Positions 17,966-28,353 of a stretch of DNA of 64,000 bases are shown one piece after another. Positions within the stretch are counted from its first letter, which is position 1. Every line of letters begins with the position of its first letter. Source of the DNA: an uncultured Candidatus Saccharibacteria bacterium (GTDB taxonomy: Bacteria > Patescibacteriota > Minisyncoccia > Phycocordibacterales > UBA9973); contig CAZLWF010000002.1 of the NCBI GenBank assembly GCA_964563615.1, positions 1,859 to 65,858 of the forward strand. The letters are read 5' to 3'. Position numbers and translations under genes: made by a program. The notes under the pieces were generated by a model. That model was given only the letters and a program-made list of their open reading frames with translations, was not told the DNA's origin and ran no database searches.

Positions 17966-19198
17966 ATGTACGATGTCATTATTGTTGGTGGTGGGGCATC
18001 GGGCATGATGGCAGCAGCCGTTGCTGGAGAATCTGACAAGCGAGTACTCTTGATTGAAAAGAATAAAAATCTCGGCGAGAAATTGAAAATCACTGGTGGC
18101 GGCAGGTGTAATATCACCAATGCCGAGTATGATGTGCACAAATTTCTCGCTCACTACGGCAAAGCAGCACCATTTCTGTATTCACCATTCTCGCAATTTG
18201 GTGTTAAGGATACATTTAGATTTTTTGAATCTCACGGTTTACCCCTTGTCGTCCAAGCTCGCAATCGCGCATTTCCCCATACAGAACGAGCACTCGATGT
18301 GTATCTCACGCTCGAGAAAATACTCAAGAAAAATAATGTCACTATTTTAACTAACTCTCCTATTACAAGGATTTCACATAAAGACAACCAAATCACCAGT
18401 GTTTTTGTGAAGAGTAGAGAGTATAAAGCATCAAAATATATCTTGGCTACAGGCGGTATATCACACCCCGAAACAGGCTCTACTGGTGATGGATTTGGTT
18501 TTCTGAAAAATCTTGGTCACGCGATTATCAAACCAACACCGACGATCGTGCCACTTAAAGTGCCAGAAAAATGGGTACAAACACTTGCCGGTGTATCACT
18601 TGATTTTATGAAAATTACTTTTTTTGTTGATGATAAACGTATGCTAACAAAAAAAGGCAAAGTGCTCTTTACTCATTTCGGATTATCTGGTCCGCTTATC
18701 TTAAACGCAGCAAGTGAAGTCTCAGGTCTTCTCGAGGGTGGCAAAGTGACTGCAGCCATTGATTGCTTCCCCGATACTGACCATGGCGCACTCGACTCTA
18801 GAATAATCGCGGTGTTCGATGCAAACAAAAACAAAATGCTTAAAAACATTTTCAAAAATATTGCACCAGAAGGTATGAGTGAAGCAATACTATCGCTTCT
18901 CCCAGAGACAATTGACCCAAACACAAAAGTCCACAGCATTACCGTTCCAATGCGCAAACATATCGTGCAACTTTTGAAATCCTTACCACTTACTATAAGT
19001 GGACTCATGGGGTATGACCGAGCGGTTGTCTCTGATGGCGGTGTACCATTAACTGAGATAGATACCAAACGTATGAAGTCGCTCATTATTGAAAATCTAT
19101 ATGTTACCGGAGACCTGCTCCATATCAATCGTCCCTCTGGTGGTTATTCTCTGCAATTATGCTGGACAACTGGATATGTCGCAGGCAAGCAAATATAA
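17966..19198 (+). CDS. HI0933/YhiN-family FAD-dependent flavoprotein
   Basis: It begins MYDVIIVGGGASGMMAA (dinucleotide-binding GxGxxG) and has ITGGGRCNITN, characteristic of the HI0933-like family. Confidence 0.75.
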   Translation: MYDVIIVGGGASGMMAAAVAGESDKRVLLIEKNKNLGEKLKITGGGRCNITNAEYDVHKFLAHYGKAAPFLYSPFSQFGVKDTFRFFESHGLPLVVQARNRAFPHTERALDVYLTLEKILKKNNVTILTNSPITRISHKDNQITSVFVKSREYKASKYILATGGISHPETGSTGDGFGFLKNLGHAIIKPTPTIVPLKVPEKWVQTLAGVSLDFMKITFFVDDKRMLTKKGKVLFTHFGLSGPLILNAASEVSGLLEGGKVTAAIDCFPDTDHGALDSRIIAVFDANKNKMLKNIFKNIAPEGMSEAILSLLPETIDPNTKVHSITVPMRKHIVQLLKSLPLTISGLMGYDRAVVSDGGVPLTEIDTKRMKSLIIENLYVTGDLLHINRPSGGYSLQLCWTTGYVAGKQI

Positions 19199-19227
19199 AA
19201 ATATCCCGCTTATGCGGGATATTTTTA
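19197..19227. terminator. Bidirectional intrinsic terminator
   Basis: Hairpin atatcccgc-ttat-gcgggatat flanked by A-runs and T-runs, between convergent genes. Confidence 0.55.
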
Positions 19228-19238
19228 CTGAACACCTT

Positions 19239-19487
19239 TTACATATTCTGTGGAGGCATTGAGCTAGGAGCTCCTGGACCTTTTGTCATACATTCTTTGC
19301 AATTTTTCTTGTGGCTCACGATCTCATACACAGCTGAGAGACCGACAAGAATATAAATTATGCGTGAGATGATTGCTGCTTGGCCGCCAAAGACTTGACC
19401 AACGTCCCAACCAATAACTCCAACAAGGAGCCAATTAAGACCTCCAATAATAAGGAGAATAAATGTAACTGTATGCAATGATTTCAT
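19239..19487 (-). CDS. DUF378-family small membrane protein
   Basis: 82 aa with two TM helices. IIGGLNWLLVGVIGWD matches the DUF378 signature. Confidence 0.55.
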   Translation of the reverse strand: MKSLHTVTFILLIIGGLNWLLVGVIGWDVGQVFGGQAAIISRIIYILVGLSAVYEIVSHKKNCKECMTKGPGAPSSMPPQNM

Positions 19488-19608
19488 AATTAAAAACTAT
19501 TAGTAATAATACTTTCCTTGGTATTATTGTATCCTTGATTGGCATTTGGCACTAGTGGAAAACTACTACACTAATGAAAAACCAATAAAACTGTGTATAC
19601 TAGGTGGT

Positions 19609-20358
19609 ATGACATTGCCAAAACTTATTATTTTTGACCTCGACGATACGCTCTCTCTTAGCAAAACTCCAATCAGCCACCCCATGACCAATCTGCTCTC
19701 GAGCTTATTGCAACAAAAGAAAGTCGCTATTACTTCAGGCGCATCATTTGCTCAATTTGAAAAGCAATTACTCACGCATCTATCATGCACAGATGAACAA
19801 CTGGCAAATCTTTATTTACTTCCTACCGACGGCGGTAGTTTCTATATCTACAAAGAGGGATGGAAAGAAATATACAAAGAAATTTTAAGCGAAACTGAAA
19901 AACAGAAAATTATTACAGCATTTGAGCAGGCATTTGCAGAAACCGGTATCGAAAAATCAAACAACCCTGCAGGCAATTTATTCGATGACCGCGGATCACA
20001 AATTACCTTTTCAGCTCTTGGTATTGATGCGGCACTTGAGCAAAAAAGGCTCTGGGATCCTGAGCATACCAAGCGTAAACAAATAATTGCCGTATTAACA
20101 AAACTACTGCCAAATTACGCAATAAGCGTTGCTGGCACAACATCAATTGATGTCACCAAAGCTGGTATTGATAAAGCATACGGCATCAAGCAGCTTCTCA
20201 CATATACTAATGTACCCCTGAAAGAAGCTGTGTACGTGGGAGATGCACTTTTTGAAGGCGGTAATGATGCAGTCGTTATCCCGCTCGGCATAGCAATCGT
20301 TACAGTCAACGGACCGAAAGAAACAGCAACCTATATTGAGTCCATACTTGCAGAGTAA
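19609..20358 (+). CDS. HAD-superfamily hydrolase (subfamily IIB-like)
   Basis: KLIIFDLDDTL (motif I, DxD) is present. A C-terminal GDALFEGGNDAV resembles motif IV. The start is taken as the internal MTLPKLII. Confidence 0.6.
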   Translation: MTLPKLIIFDLDDTLSLSKTPISHPMTNLLSSLLQQKKVAITSGASFAQFEKQLLTHLSCTDEQLANLYLLPTDGGSFYIYKEGWKEIYKEILSETEKQKIITAFEQAFAETGIEKSNNPAGNLFDDRGSQITFSALGIDAALEQKRLWDPEHTKRKQIIAVLTKLLPNYAISVAGTTSIDVTKAGIDKAYGIKQLLTYTNVPLKEAVYVGDALFEGGNDAVVIPLGIAIVTVNGPKETATYIESILAE

Positions 20359-20360
20359 AT

Positions 20361-22031
20361 TTATTCTTTATGATGCTGATGCAAGAGCGGCATGTATCCT
20401 TCTTCTATATATTCCCTCAACATTCGAGACGCAGAAAATTTCTCAAGTATTAATTCTCTGCCTGCTTTCATTCTCTTGATCCAATCAGTCTCCGTTTGAT
20501 TTTTTATGTATGTGTAATACGTAGGTATAATTTCTTGCTCCACTATATCAAGCAATTTAGTGCCAATATTTGGTTCGTCAATAATCCAACCAATATTTTC
20601 CATAGCTACCTCTGCTATCCAACCATCCCGAGTTGATAATGGTAATGATCCATTCAAAAGTGCCTTCATACCACTCGTGCCACAAGCCTCAGAACCGATC
20701 ATGGGAGTATTAAGCCATATATCAGTACCTGAAGTCATAAGTGAGGCTATATCTAAATTATAATTTGGAAGAAAAACTGCACTACCTTTAAGGTCAGTGG
20801 CAAAGAGTGTGCGCAGCATAGTAACTAATGTATTGGCATTTTCATTACCATTTTCAGTTGGACCAGAGAACACAATTCGAACTGGGGTTTGAGATTTTGA
20901 TATAATTTCTTTAAGTCTCACAATATCCGAGAAAAATGCGAGTGGCTGCTTGTAATCAACCGTTCGTCTCGCCCAGCCAATCAAAAGTTCGTCTTCATGC
21001 CAGGTTTCACCACTAATATCAAAAATATATTTTAGGAGTTTGGTTTTATTTGTTTGGTGAATCTTAAAAATATCTTCTGCACCACCCGGCCCTATCTTAT
21101 CCCAACGTGGAATATAGATACCATTAGTAATTGGCTGCATAGGATGCTCTGGCCAGAGTACTTTTGCCTTTTGCCCATGCAGTACACTGACAGCATTAGT
21201 TTTACTCGAAAGTCGAAACGCAAGCGTCGTCATTGAAAACGCATCTCCGTTTTTGCCAAGCTCAACTATATCATATGTTGCCACACCAATTTCTTCAGCA
21301 TAGTTTTTCATGAGACTCGCAGCAGTCTCAAGAGAAAACTGCTCTTGACCGGCAGGTACAAGCGTATGGTTAGTAAAGAGCACATGTTTCTTTGCATAAT
21401 CGCATGCAGTTTTAAAATCGACATGACGGTGTTCCATCTCGTGATGAGCAAGCTCGAGCCCAAGAAATGCTGAATGACCTTCATTGAGATGATATACCGA
21501 CGGGTGATGACCTAGGCGCTTTAACAATCTAAAGCCACCGATGCCTAAAAGAATTTCTTGCTTCAATCGAAGTGTGCGATCTTCTACGTAGAGCACCTGT
21601 GTAATACTTCGATCATCTGGATGGTTTGTATCAATATTTGTATCCAAAAAATAGAGTGGGAAGTTATTCCAAACAAAAGCTTTTGCGTGAACAATCCGAT
21701 CTCCGATAGGGAGCGATATAACCACTGGCACTCCTTCAGCATCTATAAGCGGCACAAGTTTTGCTTCTGCCATATGCTCTTCTATTTCAGCGCCCATTGA
21801 TATAACTGAATGCTGGGCATTATGGTAACGAAGTCCGATGCCAATAATCGGGAAAGTATGGGAGACAGTTTCATGGATATAATCCCCTGCTAAAACTCCT
21901 AAGCCACCCGCATATGTCGGTAAGGCAGAATCCAATGCATATTCAGCAGAAAAATACGCAATCGGATTTTTCTCAAATATTTTATAATCTTCAGTATTTT
22001 TTAAATTTGCAAACCAATCATTGATATTCAT
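20361..22031 (-). CDS. glgP: Alpha-glucan (glycogen/maltodextrin) phosphorylase, GT35 short form
   Basis: The N-terminal segment AYFSAEYALDSALPTYAGGLGVLAGDYI is typical of GT35. Confidence 0.8.
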   Translation of the reverse strand: MNINDWFANLKNTEDYKIFEKNPIAYFSAEYALDSALPTYAGGLGVLAGDYIHETVSHTFPIIGIGLRYHNAQHSVISMGAEIEEHMAEAKLVPLIDAEGVPVVISLPIGDRIVHAKAFVWNNFPLYFLDTNIDTNHPDDRSITQVLYVEDRTLRLKQEILLGIGGFRLLKRLGHHPSVYHLNEGHSAFLGLELAHHEMEHRHVDFKTACDYAKKHVLFTNHTLVPAGQEQFSLETAASLMKNYAEEIGVATYDIVELGKNGDAFSMTTLAFRLSSKTNAVSVLHGQKAKVLWPEHPMQPITNGIYIPRWDKIGPGGAEDIFKIHQTNKTKLLKYIFDISGETWHEDELLIGWARRTVDYKQPLAFFSDIVRLKEIISKSQTPVRIVFSGPTENGNENANTLVTMLRTLFATDLKGSAVFLPNYNLDIASLMTSGTDIWLNTPMIGSEACGTSGMKALLNGSLPLSTRDGWIAEVAMENIGWIIDEPNIGTKLLDIVEQEIIPTYYTYIKNQTETDWIKRMKAGRELILEKFSASRMLREYIEEGYMPLLHQHHKE

Positions 22032-22039
22032 GTGTGTAT

Positions 22040-23506
22040 TTAAATTCCTCGCTGTTCAGGCTGACCAGACGCGAGTCTCTGATATTCGCGTTTATATTTC
22101 TCAATCATATCGAGCACATCACCATTGGTAATTTTCTGTCGCAGCAAATCAATCGCATGTAGTGAATCATATAAATCATTCTTTGTCTCAAGTTTCCAAA
22201 TTGCATCACGCCATAGTATTGCTTCCTCAAAATTCTCTTTTACTACTGCTTCTTTGATCTTTATTTTCATAAGCTCAATAAATGCAGCATACACCCAGGG
22301 CTCACTTGCTGTTTTATCTTTAAATGGAATTCGTGGAATTTCACGATACTCTTTATAAATTTCCTTAATATATCCTGTGCGTTGCCAACTGAATGCCGAA
22401 GCTATGATTGCATAATACAGCTCAAGTGCTTTGGCACTTGCTACATCTTCTACATTTTGAGTTTTTTTAATCGTATCGAGTAATAGCCAAGCTCCTGATT
22501 CGATTACTTCCAGTGACCACCATGGCCTCGCCGATGCCCAGAAAAAATGATCTGAGGCTAATGCTTCATCAAGTAAATGGCGCGCAACAGAATCCTCCAT
22601 ATGTTCATTTTTGACAGTTTCAATTGCTAATTGCTGTAGTTCCCACTGCATTCGATGAATAGTATTATTTGGGTCATCCCACGTTAAAAATTGATTCCCT
22701 TCTTCAATATCTTTTTCAGTGGATGCCCAAGTTGAAATAACAGGCTGAATAACTTTTCTCGCTGCTATATCCCTGATTAAATCTTCTATAAAAACATGTT
22801 CAAAATCAGTTGTTGTCAGGAGTCCTGTCAAAAGCTTTTGCAACCCAGGGCGATGATGGCCAAACGTTTCCCCATCCATACCAGTAACTAAGTAGTTTTT
22901 TGACTTGAAATCTTCCATGTCTTTGAAATCTTCTTCTCGACGCACCAATGCGCTCATAATTAAATTTGAGTAAGTTCGTTCACGAAAAAAAACTGAAAGC
23001 GAAGTATTTTCAATCGTATAGACAACACTTGTATCAACTCCAGCGACCCGTCCATTGAAACCAACCTCATCAATCAGTATCCACGTATAGCCTAATTTCT
23101 CAATAATTGGAGCAATGAGGGGGGCATACGCCATTTCCGGGGGGAAAAAACCTTTTGGATTGTATACTTCACCGAAAATTTTCTGATTAGTTTCAAAATT
23201 AAGCGTAATTTGGCGAATTATTTCATCCTCTGATAGAAATGGTAAGAGTGCATGATATTTAGCACTGCCAGTGAATTCGATTTGACCTCTCACAGCAACA
23301 AAAATAATATCATCAATTAAATCTTGAAATCCTAGTGACACGAACTGTTCAGAAAGTGCAGCATTGATGTTGAGTGTAATTTTTGCATTGGGATTTTCTC
23401 TGAGCGTTTTTAAAAGAGGACGATAGCTCTCATTTGCCACCCGCGTCACAATATCTGCTGCTTGGTTTGCGGGCTGATAAATATGGAGAAAATTTACCCA
23501 GCGCAT
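22040..23506 (-). CDS. Glycoside hydrolase family 57-like alpha-glucan-active enzyme
   Basis: An N-terminal HIYQP-type motif is present. The size and its position between glgP and glgA are consistent with a GH57 branching/transferase enzyme. Confidence 0.5.
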   Translation of the reverse strand: MRWVNFLHIYQPANQAADIVTRVANESYRPLLKTLRENPNAKITLNINAALSEQFVSLGFQDLIDDIIFVAVRGQIEFTGSAKYHALLPFLSEDEIIRQITLNFETNQKIFGEVYNPKGFFPPEMAYAPLIAPIIEKLGYTWILIDEVGFNGRVAGVDTSVVYTIENTSLSVFFRERTYSNLIMSALVRREEDFKDMEDFKSKNYLVTGMDGETFGHHRPGLQKLLTGLLTTTDFEHVFIEDLIRDIAARKVIQPVISTWASTEKDIEEGNQFLTWDDPNNTIHRMQWELQQLAIETVKNEHMEDSVARHLLDEALASDHFFWASARPWWSLEVIESGAWLLLDTIKKTQNVEDVASAKALELYYAIIASAFSWQRTGYIKEIYKEYREIPRIPFKDKTASEPWVYAAFIELMKIKIKEAVVKENFEEAILWRDAIWKLETKNDLYDSLHAIDLLRQKITNGDVLDMIEKYKREYQRLASGQPEQRGI

Positions 23507-23511
23507 AGTAG

Positions 23512-24996
23512 TTATTGATTAAATTGGTTACGCGCTCGCTCAAAAAGCTTGGCATATTCTTTGGCGGACTTTTCCCAAGAAAAGTTTGCCTGCATCGCAT
23601 GATGCTGAATATCTTGCCAATGATTTTTATGCTTATGTGTCTCGTGTGCCCTTATAAATGCACCAAAAAATGCATACGGATCATACTTGTCAAACAGAAA
23701 TCCAGTACCAGATTTTGCTACTGGATCATAGTCCTCGATACTATCAGCTAACCCGCCGATTTTTCTTGCAATCGGTATTGCGCCATATCGCATCGCTTCC
23801 ATTTGGGTTAATCCAGATGGCTCAAACTTTGATGGTATTAAGATTGCATCTGCTCCTGCATAAATACTGTGAGGCAAAATAGTATCAAAAGAGAGATGTG
23901 TGGCGACTTGTGGATATTTCTTATCGAGCTCTTCAAAGAACGACATATACTTTGAATCCCCTGAACCAAGCACGATAAATTGAAAATCGTAATTATCTAA
24001 AAGCGGTTCAATAGTTTCAAGAACAAGATCAAGCCCCTTCTGCTTCGTCAATCGTGAAATGATTGCCACGACAAACACATCAGGACGACCATCAAGATTA
24101 AACTTTTGTTGTAATATTTTTTTATTCTTTTTGCGCTCGGATAAGTTTTTCTCAGTGTACGGATATTCAACATAGGGATTCGTTTCTGGATTATAAATAT
24201 CATAATTAAGTCCGTTTAAAATACCGAACAATCGAGAACGCCGCTCCTGAAGTAAAGGGTCCAAGAGTTCCCCATATTCCGGTGTCGTAATTTCCCGAGC
24301 ATAGGTAGGTGAGACCGTATTAATCACATCTGCATAGCGAATCCCGCGTCGCATAAAATTAAGCTTGCAAATTGCTGGGTCAGAAATTGCTGGGATTATT
24401 GTTTGCCCATCATCATATTCCAATTCACTAATATGCTTGTGGTTGAGTATCCCCTGATAATAAATATTATGAATGACAAAGACTGATGCGATTTCTCGCA
24501 TAACCGGATCATCTTTATATTCAGTTTGCATATAATTAGGAATGAGTCCACCTTGCCAATCATTGGCAACAATAATGCTTGGGCGCCACTTCTCATAGGT
24601 ACGCACAAATTCTATCGCACCGCGAGCCAACAATGCCCACCTAGAAGGATCATCATCATAGCCATAGACACTACCGCGTTTTTCAAAAAATTCTTGATTC
24701 TCAAGAAAATAATTGACCATACCATTGTCACTAACATATTCCTTGATATTGCAGATAATGGCTTCATCAGTTTTATTCGGCACTTCTAGTTGATGAACAA
24801 TCGTTTCCATTGGAAACTCTTTTTCATCAATGATTGCATATTTCGGTATCATAACTCGCACGTCATAATCCAAGTCCCGAAGTGCAAGTGGTAATGTCGA
24901 TAATATTTCTGCTAAGCCACCAACTTTGACGAATGGTACTGCCTCTGAGCCAACAAAGAGAATATTTAATTTTTTCTTTTTAGTAACTGTAAACAT
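23512..24996 (-). CDS. glgA: Glycogen synthase (GT5, ADP/UDP-glucose type)
   Basis: LNILFVGSEAVPFVKVGGLAEI matches the KVGGLADV signature. The GT-B C-terminal domain is present. Confidence 0.8.
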   Translation of the reverse strand: MFTVTKKKKLNILFVGSEAVPFVKVGGLAEILSTLPLALRDLDYDVRVMIPKYAIIDEKEFPMETIVHQLEVPNKTDEAIICNIKEYVSDNGMVNYFLENQEFFEKRGSVYGYDDDPSRWALLARGAIEFVRTYEKWRPSIIVANDWQGGLIPNYMQTEYKDDPVMREIASVFVIHNIYYQGILNHKHISELEYDDGQTIIPAISDPAICKLNFMRRGIRYADVINTVSPTYAREITTPEYGELLDPLLQERRSRLFGILNGLNYDIYNPETNPYVEYPYTEKNLSERKKNKKILQQKFNLDGRPDVFVVAIISRLTKQKGLDLVLETIEPLLDNYDFQFIVLGSGDSKYMSFFEELDKKYPQVATHLSFDTILPHSIYAGADAILIPSKFEPSGLTQMEAMRYGAIPIARKIGGLADSIEDYDPVAKSGTGFLFDKYDPYAFFGAFIRAHETHKHKNHWQDIQHHAMQANFSWEKSAKEYAKLFERARNQFNQ

Positions 24997-24999
24997 AGA

Positions 25000-25587
25000 T
25001 TAATGAGCTTCTTTTCTCGGGATTATAGTAATCGGCGGAACCTCTGTATACATTGGATTTTTGACAAAAAGTGGCTTGCCATTTTCTTCAATCACATAAT
25101 AAGCGAACCCACGGAGTCTGTGCATTGGTTCGTAATCTGCATGACTTGGAGCTTTAACAGCATTTGTCTCTGCAAGATTGACCGGGCTATCATCGATTGT
25201 AACGAGCCAGCGTGGGCCAATATTTATCAATGTGTGCCCAAAATCCTCAGGTATTTTAATCGTATCGCCGGTTACTACGAATGTTGCAGAAATTGATTCA
25301 ATACTACCGTCGACAAATTTACCCTGTGCATCTTTTTTTCTCGTTTGCAGGAGTAAAATACCTTCACCACTAGTTATTGTGTAGGTTTCTATAAATGGAT
25401 ATGCGTGATAGTGACCATAGGCTTTAATATACTCACCGCCGACTGTACCATTTTCCCAAATTGTAATATTTGTCTTGTCAGTACCGCCGCGAATCATATA
25501 GTAATGAACCTGAGGCCCTATTGCCTCAGGATACATAAGCACGTCTTTCATTTCTTCATGAGTTCTCTCAGCAAATGGTGTATACAT
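25000..25587 (-). CDS. Cupin-type glucose-6-phosphate isomerase (archaeal cPGI-like)
   Basis: 195 aa. YGHYHAYPFIETYTITSGEG resembles the cPGI metal-binding motif T.GH.H.....E.Y. It sits adjacent to the glycogen genes. Confidence 0.55.
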   Translation of the reverse strand: MYTPFAERTHEEMKDVLMYPEAIGPQVHYYMIRGGTDKTNITIWENGTVGGEYIKAYGHYHAYPFIETYTITSGEGILLLQTRKKDAQGKFVDGSIESISATFVVTGDTIKIPEDFGHTLINIGPRWLVTIDDSPVNLAETNAVKAPSHADYEPMHRLRGFAYYVIEENGKPLFVKNPMYTEVPPITIIPRKEAH

Positions 25588-25677
25588 AATAGCTGTAGTA
25601 TCTACACATGAATTATACCATACTAGAGGGATTACAGGCAGCGAGGCAATGAATACCTGTATATCTGGTATCTAATA

Positions 25678-25718
25678 ATAAAACCCAAGTTTCCTTGGGT
25701 TTGCTTTTTTTATTTTTT
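25678..25718. terminator. Intrinsic terminator, bidirectional-looking
   Basis: aaacccaag-tttcc-ttgggttt hairpin followed by a T-run. On the minus strand it follows the 25710..26591 gene. Confidence 0.5.
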
Positions 25719-26591
25719 AAATATTATTGCTGTATGACTTTCAAGTACATACGCAAGATTTGGATTGTGATCAATTTGTGTACGCGTTGAGTACGCTTTT
25801 TCACGCTCGATTTTGACTTTTTCCGCATACTCTCGCTCTTCTTTTGTTCCCAAATTCCCTGCTGCAGCCAGCAAGGCTTTTTCTTTAGCAGGGTTTAAAT
25901 ACATCTGAAGCGAAACTTCATACATATATAACTGCGCTGGATCAACATACGAAACAATAAATCCATCTCCCTCAATCGAAATCACTTTATTAAACACATG
26001 TGAGTCAATGCTATAGGCAGACATATAAGTACCATTTGCATTATCATTGTGATTTTTGAGCACATAGAAAATTGACAGGTTCAAAAATGCAAACTGAGGA
26101 CATGCAACTGTCTTTTTTTGTAATAGTTCATCTGGGTAAAACTTATGATAAGATTCAAAGCTTACAGATGGATCATAGTGATCATCATAGTTTAGGCGCG
26201 CTGACGTAATAAGCCCAGATACTAGTACAAGATCATGGATAGATAATTTTTTAATACTTGTCTCACTGTACCCTAACACTGCGGCATACTTTAGTACACT
26301 ATCTTCAAATGTTTGATAGTGTAAAATTCTAAAGTTATTGGTAAATGCATGGTTACTATATGCTTTTATACATTCGAAATAAAAATCTTTTTCAGTAAAT
26401 GTATTTCTTCTCGCTACCAATTCATCCAATTCTTTTGCATCAATAAAAGAACTTAGCGATGCTTTGACAAATTTATCATTACCACGATACACATCATGAG
26501 CGTTCGGAAAGTATGCAGTAAAGTCTACAACAGTTTGCCCAAAAATGACCCTTGGTAATACAAATGCTACGAACAAAAATATCGCTTTCAT
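25710..26591 (-). CDS. Hypothetical secreted protein
   Basis: 293 aa with an N-terminal signal peptide (MKAIFLFVAFVLPRVIFGQ). No recognisable domain. Confidence 0.45.
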   Translation of the reverse strand: MKAIFLFVAFVLPRVIFGQTVVDFTAYFPNAHDVYRGNDKFVKASLSSFIDAKELDELVARRNTFTEKDFYFECIKAYSNHAFTNNFRILHYQTFEDSVLKYAAVLGYSETSIKKLSIHDLVLVSGLITSARLNYDDHYDPSVSFESYHKFYPDELLQKKTVACPQFAFLNLSIFYVLKNHNDNANGTYMSAYSIDSHVFNKVISIEGDGFIVSYVDPAQLYMYEVSLQMYLNPAKEKALLAAAGNLGTKEEREYAEKVKIEREKAYSTRTQIDHNPNLAYVLESHTAIIFKK

Positions 26592-26788
26592 ATTTAGTTT
26601 TTTCTTTCAGACTATGCTATATATTTTTATATGTCAACATTGTATTCTATTTTCCTGTACACAGTATTGATTTTCAATCGTAGTATATACAATAACCTTT
26701 GAGACAACTATACATATAGATAAACATGGTACACTAAAGAGTAGGAAAGATGAGGTAAAAGTAATGAGCAAAAATAGTAATACTAATC

Positions 26789-27058
26789 ATGGAAACAATT
26801 ATAAAAGCAGATATATTTTTCTTTATAACCACAATTTCGGTTGTTTTACTGACTATTTTTATTTTGATAGGTATCATATACGTATTGACCATGGTATCAA
26901 AAGCAAACAAGCTTCTCGATATACTAACCAAAGAGGTAACGGGAACTAATGCGTATATACAAGATATGCTAACTGACATACGGATGAGTAAAGTATTCAC
27001 ATTATTTTTCCACAGAAGCAAGAAGGCTTCACAGAGACGTCACGAAACAGAAAGTTAA
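26789..27058 (+). CDS. Hypothetical small membrane protein
   Basis: 89 aa with one TM. Preferred over the overlapping minus-strand ORF 26734..27021 because it is co-directional with downstream genes and reads as a plausible sequence. Confidence 0.3.
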   Translation: METIIKADIFFFITTISVVLLTIFILIGIIYVLTMVSKANKLLDILTKEVTGTNAYIQDMLTDIRMSKVFTLFFHRSKKASQRRHETES

Positions 27059-27103
27059 ACGTTAGTATTTATTGAATTATTAGTTTAACAAACACAGCTT
27101 ATT

Positions 27104-27493
27104 ATGAAAAAAGAATCAAAAGTTTCCAGTGGAAATGGAGGTAAGATGATCGCTATGGGTGCAGGAGTTGCAGCTTTAGCTGTTGCAAGTTATTTTCTCT
27201 TAGGGCCAAGCGGCAAGACAAACCAAAAGAAGATAAAAAGTTGGATGGTCAAAATGAAAGGCGAAATTGGCGAAAAATTAGAAAATTTACAGGAAGTAAG
27301 TGAGCCAATCTATCAAAAAATAATTGATGGTGCAGCAAAAGCATACGCAACAGCACAGTCTGTTGATAAGAGTGAACTTGCAGCCTATGTCAAAAATCTT
27401 AAAGAAGACTGGCAACATATTGCCAAATCAGCAAAGAAAGTGAAGAAAAGCGTAAAAGCAACTTCACCGAAAAAGAAATCATCAAAGAAATAA
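27104..27493 (+). CDS. YtxH-like (DUF948) membrane-anchored stress protein
   Basis: MIAMGAGVAALAVASYFLLGPSGKTNQKK matches the YtxH LLAP.SGKE.R motif. The tail is coiled-coil and Lys-rich. Confidence 0.5.
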   Translation: MKKESKVSSGNGGKMIAMGAGVAALAVASYFLLGPSGKTNQKKIKSWMVKMKGEIGEKLENLQEVSEPIYQKIIDGAAKAYATAQSVDKSELAAYVKNLKEDWQHIAKSAKKVKKSVKATSPKKKSSKK

Positions 27494-27522
27494 ACTTTAT
27501 CAGAAATAACTCTAATAATATT

Positions 27523-27675
27523 ATGCTTATCACAATCGGCGTCATTCTTTTAATCTTGTGGCTACTCGGTATCGTCGGTCTCTACACAATTGGCTGGTAT
27601 ATTCACATACTTTTAATTGCTGCAGTTATTGTATTTTTAGTTCGTGTTATACGAGGCGAGAATCCAATAAAATAA
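27523..27675 (+). CDS. lmo0937-family small membrane protein (about 50 aa)
   Basis: MLITIGVILLILWLLGIVGLYTIGWYIHILLIAAVIVFLVRVIRGENPIK. It is below the ORF-track cutoff and was found by reading the sequence. Confidence 0.5.
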   Translation: MLITIGVILLILWLLGIVGLYTIGWYIHILLIAAVIVFLVRVIRGENPIK

Positions 27676-27687
27676 TTGTTACCTCTA

Positions 27688-27729
27688 ATAGCAAACAAAA
27701 AACGCCAGTTATAACTGGTGTTTTTTGTT
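27688..27729 (+). terminator. Strong intrinsic terminator (19-bp perfect stem)
   Basis: gcaaacaaaaaacgccagt-tata-actggtgttttttgtttgc. Confidence 0.55.
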
Positions 27730-27762
27730 TGCTATATGGATATAGTACGTTAGTATATACAT

Positions 27763-28326
27763 ATGAAACCAATAAAAAGGATACTACTTTCATGGCTGCC
27801 ATTTGCTGTATGCATAACCCTCATGCTAGCTGGCATATATATTGTTATCCAACAACAATTAAGGCAAAGTGCCAATGACCCACAAATACAAGTTGCAAAA
27901 GATACAGTCTTTGCGCTTGAACATGGAGCAAAACCAAATGTATTTGTCGCGGGAACGAGCATCCCACTTGAAACGAGCATTGCACCGTTTGTTATTGTTT
28001 ATGATGACAGTGGCAAACCAATTGTTGGATCAGGAAATATTAAAGGTGTACTGCCGACTCCCCCTTCTGGTGTCTTTGAATATACTAAAACACACGGCGA
28101 AAATCGTATCACTTGGGAACCAATCGTTGGCACACGCGAAGCGATTATTGTATTACCTTTTACTGCTGAGAACGTATCAGGCTATGTACTCGCTGGCCGA
28201 TCACTAGCAGAAACAGAGAATCGAGAAACAGAAGCATTGCAGCAGATTCTCCTTGTTTGGATCAGTGCATTGATTGGCACTTTTATTGCTGTATGGATGA
28301 AAGAAAAATACTATATCCTTAGATAA
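27763..28326 (+). CDS. Hypothetical membrane protein (N- and C-terminal TM, periplasmic middle)
   Basis: 187-aa ORF. No recognisable domain. Confidence 0.4.
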   Translation: MKPIKRILLSWLPFAVCITLMLAGIYIVIQQQLRQSANDPQIQVAKDTVFALEHGAKPNVFVAGTSIPLETSIAPFVIVYDDSGKPIVGSGNIKGVLPTPPSGVFEYTKTHGENRITWEPIVGTREAIIVLPFTAENVSGYVLAGRSLAETENRETEALQQILLVWISALIGTFIAVWMKEKYYILR

Positions 28327-28353
28327 GAACTAGACTTAAATTACGATACTATA

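Noticed and set aside
26734-27021. Minus-strand 95-aa ORF overlapping the 26789..27058 plus-strand ORF
   Set aside because: It reads as an improbable hydrophobic string of Ile/Ser/Val and opposes the local transcription direction. The plus-strand ORF was retained with low confidence.
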